Origin: a virus | Reading direction: 5' to 3' (one strand) | DNA length: 64,000 nt | Virus record (IMG/VR): IMGVR_UViG_3300043772_001024 | Location: 1 to 64,000 of that record | Shown: positions 27,445 through 37,239 of the stretch, one piece after another | How positions within the stretch are numbered: the stretch's first letter is position 1 | Layout of the letters: each line of letters opens with the position of its first letter | Notes under the pieces: model-generated | What the model was told of the DNA's origin: nothing | Database searches by the model: none | What the model saw: the letters and a program-made list of their open reading frames with translations, nothing else | Position numbers and translations under genes: made by a program

Positions 27445-30400
27445 AACCCTTTACATTTAATATAATAATCTAATGCTTTATTGACATCTAAGTTAGGGTT
27501 TTTTGTTAACTCACCCTTATACCAAGATTGAAATTCTGTACTATTTAATACTAGTAATCTTGGAGTTATATTACCAGTATTTGGTGTTGGTGTTTCTGTA
27601 ATCTCAGTGTCTTTAACTGTATCACTTTCTAAGTTTAATGTGTTTGCCTCAAACTTATCTTCAGCTTTCTTAACTATTGCAAGTCTATCACCATTATTTT
27701 CTGCCCACTGCATCATTTTACCAGTTGTCCCAGATATTATTTGATTTCTTTTGTTTACCACATACTTAGATCCATTATGCTCAACAACTACCGCCCGGCC
27801 CTCAGCAACTGCAAGATTAGCAAAGACTTTATTTCTATCTACACTATCACCTTTAAATACTTCTACACCAGCACTATTAAATATTTGAGCTCCTCTTACT
27901 GTATAAGTTTGAGTTTCTTTTCCTTTTGGTGTATAAGTTATTTGTGTTCCGGTAACTTTAGGTTGAGTAGATGGTTGAGTAGGAGCAACTGTTGCTCTAC
28001 CTGGTACAATATTCACATAGTTTCTAAAGAATCTATTCTTAGGATCTTTAATACCATTAAATACATTTGTTAAATCTGGTACCTTGTTTTCCTTACTGAT
28101 AAACTCTGCAGATATAGGATTCATTATTGCCAAGAAATCATCAAATGGTAAAGCCTCATTAAAACCATATTTGCTAAAGCCAACTCCATTTTGATATATT
28201 GTCATCAATGGTAACAACTTAAACATGTTGCTTATGTACAAGTTCTTTTCAGTATTAGATACTTTCTCTACATTAGGGTCTGCCAATTCTTTAAGATTCT
28301 CATAGTAGCTTTCAGCTAACTGACCACTCTTTAATAACTTGTTATCATTAAGTGTTAGTATTTGCTGTCCTTCTTTCAACTCCGGTTTAGCCAACTGATT
28401 AAGTATGCTATATTTTTCTTTTAAGTTTGGATTCTCTTCTATTAAAGTAAGCATATCATCTGCAAAAGAGTAATCTAAATTTTGGAAGAATACATCTCCA
28501 GTAAAATATCTATCAATCAACTCAGAAGGAATGTTTAATACATCTGTGTCAGATTGAGTATAGTTATACATAGCATTTTGGAAAAGGTAATTAACCAATC
28601 CATTTTTATACTGTGTGATAAACATTCTTTTACCATCATCACCATAACCAAATGATTTCTTTATATCTGATGCTCTATTAACCATCAAGTTAATAATAGC
28701 TTCAGTTACAGTTGGATTATTCTTTAATGGGAACAATGGCTCTATTAACTGTCTTATGATGTCATTATCATAGAATGTTCCAAGGATAGACTCATTTCTT
28801 AACTTCTTAACTAGTGCAGGATCTACTTTTGAGTTCTTCTCCATTTGTGAAAGAAGTACTTTTCTAAGCACCATCTCCTGTGTAGTTTTAGAAGTTGTAG
28901 TATCTGGATTAGAAAGTCTTAATAAATCTTGGAAACCAGAGAACTGATTCTGTAACTCTAAGAAATGTAAGAATACTGCTAATTGATGATCTTTAAGTGA
29001 GTCTTTTTGTATATCTGCTACCAGCATTTTTTCTAGTAGTTTGATATCAAACTGACCTTCTTCATTTAAGATGCCTGATTTTTTAATTAAAGCAGATAAA
29101 GCTCTATGTGTTTTTATATCTGACTTAACATATGCCGGTGCATTCTGTATACCAAATTTTTCTAATACACTTATTGCGGCTCTTTTATTTTTACCAGCTT
29201 TAGCATCTTCAAGTTCACCAGCTACAAGATCAGCATATGATCCGCCCAATAGTCTCAACTCTTTAGCATACTCTCTAATCATTGGTTGAGATAGAAACTT
29301 AACAGCATAATCTCTTGGAACACCAGCTTTAAACAATGTCAAAATCATTGGTGCTAACTCCATGTTACCTTGAATAAAGAATATCCATGCATCTTTCTCA
29401 ACATCCACGGCACCATTAATCATCTGAGAGTATAAATCAGATATTAAATCTACACCATCTGCAGTGTATACATCTGATAATGATATCTCATTATCTTTAG
29501 TGGTATTATGAGGAGTTAATAGTCTTGTTTCAATAGGTGTTGTGCCCTCAACATATTTACCTAATGAGCTATCAAAATATGTATCAAAATACTTTTTAGG
29601 CATCTTAGCACCCAATGAATTATATACTGGGTGTAAAGCATTATAGATAGCTACTAAACCAAGTACATTTTTACCAATCATGTTAGCCTCATGTTTATGA
29701 AGATTATATAATGGTTCCAATGTTCTTGTTGGACTTATTGATCTTTTTGCTTTTGTACCTGGTCTTTCTGCTTCACCATGATAGTTTCTAAATCTATTAT
29801 AGTCAGCTACCTTATCTTCAAGCTTATCAGCTACATCATCTTTAAGCAAGTAAGTATCATTTGGTCTTACCAATGCAGCATAGTTTTCTGGAAGCTTAAG
29901 TATATTATTTATACTTGTAATAAGCTTGTTTTCAAGGGCTGCTTTTTGTTGTGATATTACTCTTGAGATAGTTGCTTTACCTTCCGGTGTATCTTTATTA
30001 GATTCAATCAATCTTTTGATAGCTTCATTATCCATAGCTGATTCTATAAACTTACCATCTTTAGAAATAGCTGGCATAAATGTAGTAAGTTTATCAACGT
30101 CAAAGTCAGCTCCAGACTTAGCAACAATCTCAGATGGAGGTATAATAATGTTACCTGCACTTGGGTCTAAGAATTCCCATACTTGCATGTATTCCATTGA
30201 GTTTAAACCTTGTACAGGAATCCTTACAGCTGTTAATGTAACTGCTTTCTCATTCTGAGACATCCACTTATCATCTTTAATCATCTGATTAAGTCTTTGT
30301 CTTGTACCTATTACCTCACCATCATTATGCTTTAAATTTAACAGGTTTACAAAGTCTCCTTGTAAAGCAATAGCAACCTTCATTGCAGATGTACCATCTT

Positions 30401-33400
30401 TTGTTTGATCATAAAAAGGTAGGTTGTTACTACCCATATATTTTCTCACATCTTCATCTGTAGCATTTTTAAGACCATTGTCCCATAGACCATTAGTCAT
30501 AGCACTTGATACTTGAACCAAAGCTTCACCTTTAATCTTTTGTCTTACAAGTCTTTTCTCCATTAAAGCTACAAGGATCTTTTCTATATCATCAGATTTA
30601 AGATGCAATGATAAGTCTGTCTTTAATGAGTTGTCTGGATTAGCATTAATAAATTCTATTTGATGCTCTGGTAAATCTCTTCTTTCTAGTTCAGCTTGTA
30701 TAACTTTTAAAAACTCAGTAAAGTTTCCAATGTATTTGCCATCTTTATATTCATAACCAATATCATTAAGCAACTCCATTTTTAATAAGTTACCATACTC
30801 ATCTACTGTATTCTCATAGTCTTTAACTAAGTCAGCATGTTTATCAAGGATACCTTTCTCATACAGGTTACTTAAGATAAGCTTTCTTAACTGAGTGGAG
30901 AATACTGTTTTACCTTTAAATGATACTGGAACTTGAGTAACATCTTTAAGATACTCCAGATATATAGTATTTGGTGTAAACTTGATATCACTCATTAGGC
31001 TCATTTGCTCATCATCAGAATATATTTTATCTGCAGCAGCCTCACCTTTTTTGTTAACTTCAGATGTTACACTACCAACTTTAGAACCAGTTTGGAATGT
31101 TACATACTGTATATTCTTTGTCATCATTTGATTGTGAAGATTCTCTAAGTCAGAACCTTTAATCATAGATGGAATGAGTGGAGCTAATGCAAACTTATGC
31201 ATTGCCATTACTGGTAAATCTGTATTTGCTAAATGTCCATAGTTTTGAACTTTGTATACAGGAAACATTTCTACAACATCCGCTGCATTTATAGGCTCAT
31301 TATTAATTACTTTTTTAAACAACTCTTCCTGAACATCACTCCATTGACCAGATGCCATTTTAAGTGCTCTATACGCATCAAAAGTAATCCAACCTTGACC
31401 ATCACCCTCTTCCATTCCTTTATACTTCTCAATCTCAATAGCAACTCTTCTGTCAATCTCAGCTTTTATTTCTGCTTCAGATAGTTTACTTTTTGCAAAT
31501 CTTTCTGCATAGTCTTTTCTTAAAGCTTCTTCAATGGGCTTGATATATTTAGAGTCTCTTTTTATATCTTGGAGAATTGCTGTATTAAATTTACCATTAT
31601 AAGCTAATGTATCCATACCAGGGATTGTAGCAGCATAAGATACTTTTTGATTTAATTCAGTTAATAAAGATTGTATAGCTTTATCTGTTCTGAATTTTAA
31701 ACCACCGGATGTTGACCCAGTATTTCTTTTATGTAACTCTTCTTTTTCATGGTTATATTGAACCAAGTCTCCATAGAATAAGCTACCCATTTCAAAGTTA
31801 TGAACCCAAGCATTTACCGCATATGCTTTCATTAATACTTTAGTAGCTTCTTCTTCAGATAGATTAAATACTTTTAATCTTTCAAGTAAGTCAGGGCTTA
31901 AGTATTCTGCTTCACTGTAAAAATCTAAAAGGTCTAGTGTCTGTTGTTCAAAATAATTATCTACATCAGTTGCAATCTTTTTTGCAAGAACCGGATCTGT
32001 CTTAAGATAATCCTCTAATCTCATGTTTGGATCAGTTACCTTTTCAAGTATCTCATTCTTAGTATCTTCAGTAAGAACATTATCAAAAGCTGTAAAGTTT
32101 TCACCAGCCATGGTACCATCAGGCATCTTTCTATTATAGCCGGCATACTTTTTAAACAGATCTTTGTTAGTTTTAAACTTGTTTATCCTTTCTAACTCTG
32201 CAGCTATATAAGGAATCATATGAGTTTTAGTAACATAGTTGTTAGCTGTACCAATTGCAAACTTATCTAAATCTACCCAAAGTCTTGTGTCTGATCCTTT
32301 ACCTACACCACCTGGAATACCACCTTCTATTCTTGCACCAAATGAAGAAGACTTAGAAGCATGTCTCATGAATTCTTGAACACCACCTTTTAGTAAACTG
32401 TGTAGTTCTTGCAAGAACTTACCATGTACATCTAATGAAGTTGTGTTAGTTCCTTCACCATTTTCTAACTGAGTTCCAGAGTTAACAAACATCTGTAAGG
32501 ATCTACCAACTCTTTTTTCCATATCTGATGCAATATCAAATAAGGAATTCAAAGTTTGTGATCTGTTTGTAAATGAGTTTATCTTTGGATCAAGATAGCT
32601 TAAGTATTCAAACTCACTACCTGCATTCCACAACTCTTTCATATTAGAAGCTTTGTTTAAAGCATATATAATCATACTTACAGAGTGATCTTCTATATGT
32701 TCAAACACAAGATTTCTTTCAGCATTAAGCACTGCAAAGTTTGAAGAGTCAATACCATACTTAGCTTGAAGACCAAGTATCTTATCAATTTTATTTTTCT
32801 GAGATACTTCTTTACCTAAGACTGATGCAGGAATACCTTTCATCAACCCTTGTAATGGATTCATTCTGAAATTGGTTATAGCTTCACTAGCCTCCGAAGT
32901 TAAGTTTTGTTTTTTACTGGCTTTATTTATTTCAACTATAGTTTTAAATATATATGGTAAACCATATTCTTGTATAGCTCTTTGATCTTTCTTAAGTTCA
33001 TTTTTTATAACTCTTAAGTCATCTATATACAAACCAATTGCTCTTGCAAAATTAAATGATTTATCAATTATAAGATTACCATCTTTACCAAAATCTTCAA
33101 TGATCTTATCCATGTCAAGCATTGGTATATTATTCTCAAGAGATCTTATTACATAGTCATTTGTTAAGTCTCCTTTAAACTTAGCCTGAAACTTATTTGC
33201 AAGACTTGCTGTTTCTATTGAAGCTTTAGTAACTTCAGCTATACCATTTTCAAATATAGTAGTTTGTAAATATGTAGCTCTTGTTTTCTGAACATCTTGC
33301 CAAAAGTTAGTAAGCAATCTATTTTGAGATATTTTATCATTTATATTATCTGCTTGCACTACTTGTGATGGACTTGGAAGCTTGCTGTTTATCAACTGTT

Positions 33401-36400
33401 TAAACTCAGGATAGACTTCAGCAGCTGCTTGCTTTATATTATCATATATCTGCTCTGGATTTTTTTCTCCATTTACAGCACGCATTAAGTTGTTCCATGA
33501 TTCAGTAAAGTTTGCAAGCTCTTTATAGCCTAACTCATTGTAAACAGCTTTACCATTTTCAAGTTTGTGAAGACTCTTAAGAATGTATACTGTTTCTTTA
33601 CTAGCTAAGTCTAACAAAGATTTCTTACCAACCTTACTATCTTTTATCTGTTCACCAGATTTACTTTCCTCTACTCCTTCTGCTTTAGCACTTGATTCTT
33701 CTGTTTCAGTTTGTTCTTCTACATCAGTTTGATCTTCTTCTACTTCAATGTATTTTTGTCTTAGTAAATTAAATGTAGTATTTTCTAAATGATACTTTAC
33801 AAGACCACCTTTTGCATCACCAAAGTTATCTAATGCAGATTGAAAGATTCTTATCTTGTTTAACAGCTTTGCAGCTTCCATAGCTTTATCAGGATCATTT
33901 TCAATCTCTGTATAACTAGTTCTAGCATTAGCAAGTTTAGTTTCAAAATCTTTTCTTACTCTGGTGTAGAATGCTTTCTTATTATTATCACCAAGTAACA
34001 TAGATATGCTACCACTCTTATTACCTTTAAACTTTGCAGCTGCATCAATTATTTCAGATATATATGAGTCAATACTCTCACTTACCAGTTTAGCATCCTG
34101 TCTATTGAGTGCATCAATAGTTGGGTCTGTTAAACTTACTACACCTCTGTTGAGTTGTTTAAAAGATGTGGTATCAATATTTGGTGAGTATTTTTTTAAG
34201 AACTTAGGATTACTTTTTGCAAAGTATAGTTCTTTAAACAACTTATCTTTAGTACTCTTTGAAGAGAACAAGTTTTTGATAAAGTTTAATATTTTTCTAA
34301 ACAGAGTGTTTCTTGTTGTTTGACCTTTTTTAGCTGATTGATCAATACCATAAGATCTAAAATCTTCAGCTAAGTATTCTTCTAACTGTAAATAGTTAGC
34401 ATCCTTAAATGCTACTGTAGTACCATCTAGTAATGTAAAGCTTCCCGGTTGTTTAGCTACTTCTTTATATAACTTTTCTCTTTGTTCTTTAGTCAAGAAT
34501 ATTTGGGAGAATGCATGCCATGCTTCATGGTATACATCTACCATTGTACCTCTTTCACCTATCTCTATTTTACCAAACTTACCATTAAGTACAGAAGCAT
34601 AACCTATAAATCTAGCATATACATCAGAGTTAACTATGTTTACCATAGTTTTAAAGTCTATGTATTTAGATAATGGAGAATCATTCCACCATTGCTCAGC
34701 ATTTTTTATTTGCTCTTCTGTAACTCCATTTAAATCTGCACCCTTTCTAAACATAAAATCACTGAAGTCATCAGCTGGATCAGTTGTATTCTCTGGTGCT
34801 ATTGCATTGTTAATAGATTGCTGTTGAGTAATACCACCAATAGAGTCAGCAATAGCTTGTCTAACTTGATTTACAACTTTAGTAGTAGCTTTTCCTTCTT
34901 TATCTGTTCTCCCATTATCATGTTTAATAGATTTAAGCTTTTCACTAAAAGTATCTTTATTAAATCCTTCAGGAACAGTTAAGTTAATATAAGTTCCTCC
35001 ACCAGTTCTACCTACAAAGTCTTCAGATGGTATTCTAATTCTTAGAATATTACCATCAATCATGAAGCTATTATTTTTATCATCAGAGAGTCTTCTTATT
35101 ATATAAGACTCATCTTTCTTTTCTATTGTAGAATTTTCATTTATAAAATCTTTTAACCCATCTGTTGTTGATTCAACATTTAGTTTTAAATCAACAGCTG
35201 GTGTAGGTTGAACTTGAGCAGGAGTACCTAATGCAGCTAGTTCTGCATTTTTTTCTTTTTCCCACTGATCAAAATCTCCAACTTCTTTTATATACCATGC
35301 CTGCTTATCTTTCCACTTCTTTTCTATATCAGCTCTCTGAGCTTCTATATCAGTTTCAGTATTTGTAGTAGTAGGTTGAACAGGTTGTGATACATTAATA
35401 GGGTCTGGATTTTTAAAGTCCTCTTGTAGCTCTTTAATAAACTCAGTAGGTATACTAAATACCATGTGTGAATTAAAGAATCCCGGATCTGTTTCTTGAG
35501 ATATCTTTACTCTTGTGTTTGGTAATGTTTCAAGAAGAGGTATGTATGGAGTAAACTCATCATTGATTGTGTTTGTTTCTAAATCATAATCTTGGTAACG
35601 GTTATTGTTTAATGCTTTGTCATTATAAGTCATCTTAGCACTATAGTAGTTACCTTTATCATCAGTAGCTGCATTTAGCAAAACATCTTCAATAATACTT
35701 TCTTTACCAATAAGTTCTTCATTTATAAGTGGTATCTCTTTTCCACCACCCTGCTTATATGTTTTTTCATTATACTTGAAAATTAAAGTATTGGTACCCG
35801 GATCATAACTTAACTCATGTCTTCTAGTAGAAGGAGATGCTTTATCTGATAAGAACTGAGAAACAAAATTATATTTCTCTGCATTAGATATATTTGGATT
35901 AGCTAATGCAGCTGCAATCTTTCTAATTAAAGGACTTGCTTGTCTTTTATTATTAGCAAATTCAATAGGTAAGTTAGGTCTATCTAATGAATATTCTTTA
36001 CCATTCAAAGTAATCTTAGCTGCTTCTCTAGTACCACCAATCATTACCGGAGTAATAGTTCTGAATGTAGCATTGTTTACAAATGGAAGTTTTCTTAAGT
36101 TTCTTAAGTCAACATAGGGTTGGGCTATACTTTCTTTTACACCAGGAGTTAAACTAGTTAAATCAAGTAAAGGTCCATCACCTTTTAATGTAGCTTCTTT
36201 AACTTTATACAGCTCTTTAAACTCTTCTTGTTGTAACTTTCTAGCTTCTTCTTCTGTGATACCCATTTGTGCAGCAATATCAGCAGGAGTTTTAACACTA
36301 GTTTCAGTCCCATACATATTAGTCAATCTGTACACACCATTACCAGTTCTTACATCTCTCATGAACTGATACACAATGCCACCACCTTCTTCTTGAGTAA

Positions 36401-37235
36401 CTATCTTACCTTCTTGATTGAAGTAAAGATAATTACCGTCTGCATCTGTAAGCACTAATGCAATTCTTTTTAAACCTTCAACACCTTCTTTATTAGTTTC
36501 TTGAGCTTTAATTGCACCAGCTCTTATGAGTTCATTAAGAGTTGTTTTATCTAACTGAGCTTCATGAGTTTTTCTTAACTCTGTTAACAGTATTGGTTTT
36601 AACTTTAGTGTTCTACCTTGATATGTAATTCCAGCTAGAGGGTCTGTTGAATCAGAAAGTTCTACATCAGCTCTTATAGCTTCCATTGCAGAGAATATTC
36701 TCTGTTTAGCCGGATCTACTTTTTCTTCAAGTATTGGTTTATTTGTAACAGGATTAATTGGAATTAATTGCTGCATAGTAGATACAGTAGAACTAAAAGG
36801 TCTAAGTCTTACCGGATCTTTTATTTCAGATGTTTGATCTACTTGCTCAGTAAGCAATGCCTCATTTTGTTTAGTTTTAATCAAAGCCAACTTTGCTCTC
36901 TCAGATACTTGTGGTTTAAAGTATTTTTGTACTTCATTAAAACCTTCAACCTCATTCTTAAACTTAAGACTCAACTCTTTAATTGGATCTAACTTAATAT
37001 CTAAGTTGTCAAAAGCAGGTTTAGCTGCTATTGTTCTTATAATAGAGGGAACCTGTTGAAGAAACTTAACTGCTGTATCTTCATCTTTTTTGTCCGCAAT
37101 CTTATCAAAAAGATCAGCCATATATTGCTCAGGACTAAATGTCTCTCCAGCTTTTATTGCTTCAGTTAAAGATTTGTATATGGTTTTATATAATTTTTCA
37201 GATTGACTCTGGCTTAAGGCACAAGTAATTTTCAT
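27441..37235 (-). CDS. Virion-packaged crAss-like RNA polymerase (3264 aa) fused to a zincin-like domain
   Basis: RIPVQG and KSGADFDVDK (catalytic DxDxD at 30093-30107); DGQGWIT; HEAWH (~34520). Confidence 0.92.
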   Translation of the reverse strand: MKITCALSQSQSEKLYKTIYKSLTEAIKAGETFSPEQYMADLFDKIADKKDEDTAVKFLQQVPSIIRTIAAKPAFDNLDIKLDPIKELSLKFKNEVEGFNEVQKYFKPQVSERAKLALIKTKQNEALLTEQVDQTSEIKDPVRLRPFSSTVSTMQQLIPINPVTNKPILEEKVDPAKQRIFSAMEAIRADVELSDSTDPLAGITYQGRTLKLKPILLTELRKTHEAQLDKTTLNELIRAGAIKAQETNKEGVEGLKRIALVLTDADGNYLYFNQEGKIVTQEEGGGIVYQFMRDVRTGNGVYRLTNMYGTETSVKTPADIAAQMGITEEEARKLQQEEFKELYKVKEATLKGDGPLLDLTSLTPGVKESIAQPYVDLRNLRKLPFVNNATFRTITPVMIGGTREAAKITLNGKEYSLDRPNLPIEFANNKRQASPLIRKIAAALANPNISNAEKYNFVSQFLSDKASPSTRRHELSYDPGTNTLIFKYNEKTYKQGGGKEIPLINEELIGKESIIEDVLLNAATDDKGNYYSAKMTYNDKALNNNRYQDYDLETNTINDEFTPYIPLLETLPNTRVKISQETDPGFFNSHMVFSIPTEFIKELQEDFKNPDPINVSQPVQPTTTNTETDIEAQRADIEKKWKDKQAWYIKEVGDFDQWEKEKNAELAALGTPAQVQPTPAVDLKLNVESTTDGLKDFINENSTIEKKDESYIIRRLSDDKNNSFMIDGNILRIRIPSEDFVGRTGGGTYINLTVPEGFNKDTFSEKLKSIKHDNGRTDKEGKATTKVVNQVRQAIADSIGGITQQQSINNAIAPENTTDPADDFSDFMFRKGADLNGVTEEQIKNAEQWWNDSPLSKYIDFKTMVNIVNSDVYARFIGYASVLNGKFGKIEIGERGTMVDVYHEAWHAFSQIFLTKEQREKLYKEVAKQPGSFTLLDGTTVAFKDANYLQLEEYLAEDFRSYGIDQSAKKGQTTRNTLFRKILNFIKNLFSSKSTKDKLFKELYFAKSNPKFLKKYSPNIDTTSFKQLNRGVVSLTDPTIDALNRQDAKLVSESIDSYISEIIDAAAKFKGNKSGSISMLLGDNNKKAFYTRVRKDFETKLANARTSYTEIENDPDKAMEAAKLLNKIRIFQSALDNFGDAKGGLVKYHLENTTFNLLRQKYIEVEEDQTDVEEQTETEESSAKAEGVEESKSGEQIKDSKVGKKSLLDLASKETVYILKSLHKLENGKAVYNELGYKELANFTESWNNLMRAVNGEKNPEQIYDNIKQAAAEVYPEFKQLINSKLPSPSQVVQADNINDKISQNRLLTNFWQDVQKTRATYLQTTIFENGIAEVTKASIETASLANKFQAKFKGDLTNDYVIRSLENNIPMLDMDKIIEDFGKDGNLIIDKSFNFARAIGLYIDDLRVIKNELKKDQRAIQEYGLPYIFKTIVEINKASKKQNLTSEASEAITNFRMNPLQGLMKGIPASVLGKEVSQKNKIDKILGLQAKYGIDSSNFAVLNAERNLVFEHIEDHSVSMIIYALNKASNMKELWNAGSEFEYLSYLDPKINSFTNRSQTLNSLFDIASDMEKRVGRSLQMFVNSGTQLENGEGTNTTSLDVHGKFLQELHSLLKGGVQEFMRHASKSSSFGARIEGGIPGGVGKGSDTRLWVDLDKFAIGTANNYVTKTHMIPYIAAELERINKFKTNKDLFKKYAGYNRKMPDGTMAGENFTAFDNVLTEDTKNEILEKVTDPNMRLEDYLKTDPVLAKKIATDVDNYFEQQTLDLLDFYSEAEYLSPDLLERLKVFNLSEEEATKVLMKAYAVNAWVHNFEMGSLFYGDLVQYNHEKEELHKRNTGSTSGGLKFRTDKAIQSLLTELNQKVSYAATIPGMDTLAYNGKFNTAILQDIKRDSKYIKPIEEALRKDYAERFAKSKLSEAEIKAEIDRRVAIEIEKYKGMEEGDGQGWITFDAYRALKMASGQWSDVQEELFKKVINNEPINAADVVEMFPVYKVQNYGHLANTDLPVMAMHKFALAPLIPSMIKGSDLENLHNQMMTKNIQYVTFQTGSKVGSVTSEVNKKGEAAADKIYSDDEQMSLMSDIKFTPNTIYLEYLKDVTQVPVSFKGKTVFSTQLRKLILSNLYEKGILDKHADLVKDYENTVDEYGNLLKMELLNDIGYEYKDGKYIGNFTEFLKVIQAELERRDLPEHQIEFINANPDNSLKTDLSLHLKSDDIEKILVALMEKRLVRQKIKGEALVQVSSAMTNGLWDNGLKNATDEDVRKYMGSNNLPFYDQTKDGTSAMKVAIALQGDFVNLLNLKHNDGEVIGTRQRLNQMIKDDKWMSQNEKAVTLTAVRIPVQGLNSMEYMQVWEFLDPSAGNIIIPPSEIVAKSGADFDVDKLTTFMPAISKDGKFIESAMDNEAIKRLIESNKDTPEGKATISRVISQQKAALENKLITSINNILKLPENYAALVRPNDTYLLKDDVADKLEDKVADYNRFRNYHGEAERPGTKAKRSISPTRTLEPLYNLHKHEANMIGKNVLGLVAIYNALHPVYNSLGAKMPKKYFDTYFDSSLGKYVEGTTPIETRLLTPHNTTKDNEISLSDVYTADGVDLISDLYSQMINGAVDVEKDAWIFFIQGNMELAPMILTLFKAGVPRDYAVKFLSQPMIREYAKELRLLGGSYADLVAGELEDAKAGKNKRAAISVLEKFGIQNAPAYVKSDIKTHRALSALIKKSGILNEEGQFDIKLLEKMLVADIQKDSLKDHQLAVFLHFLELQNQFSGFQDLLRLSNPDTTTSKTTQEMVLRKVLLSQMEKNSKVDPALVKKLRNESILGTFYDNDIIRQLIEPLFPLKNNPTVTEAIINLMVNRASDIKKSFGYGDDGKRMFITQYKNGLVNYLFQNAMYNYTQSDTDVLNIPSELIDRYFTGDVFFQNLDYSFADDMLTLIEENPNLKEKYSILNQLAKPELKEGQQILTLNDNKLLKSGQLAESYYENLKELADPNVEKVSNTEKNLYISNMFKLLPLMTIYQNGVGFSKYGFNEALPFDDFLAIMNPISAEFISKENKVPDLTNVFNGIKDPKNRFFRNYVNIVPGRATVAPTQPSTQPKVTGTQITYTPKGKETQTYTVRGAQIFNSAGVEVFKGDSVDRNKVFANLAVAEGRAVVVEHNGSKYVVNKRNQIISGTTGKMMQWAENNGDRLAIVKKAEDKFEANTLNLESDTVKDTEITETPTPNTGNITPRLLVLNSTEFQSWYKGELTKNPNLDVNKALDYYIKCKGL

Positions 37236-37239
37236 ATCA

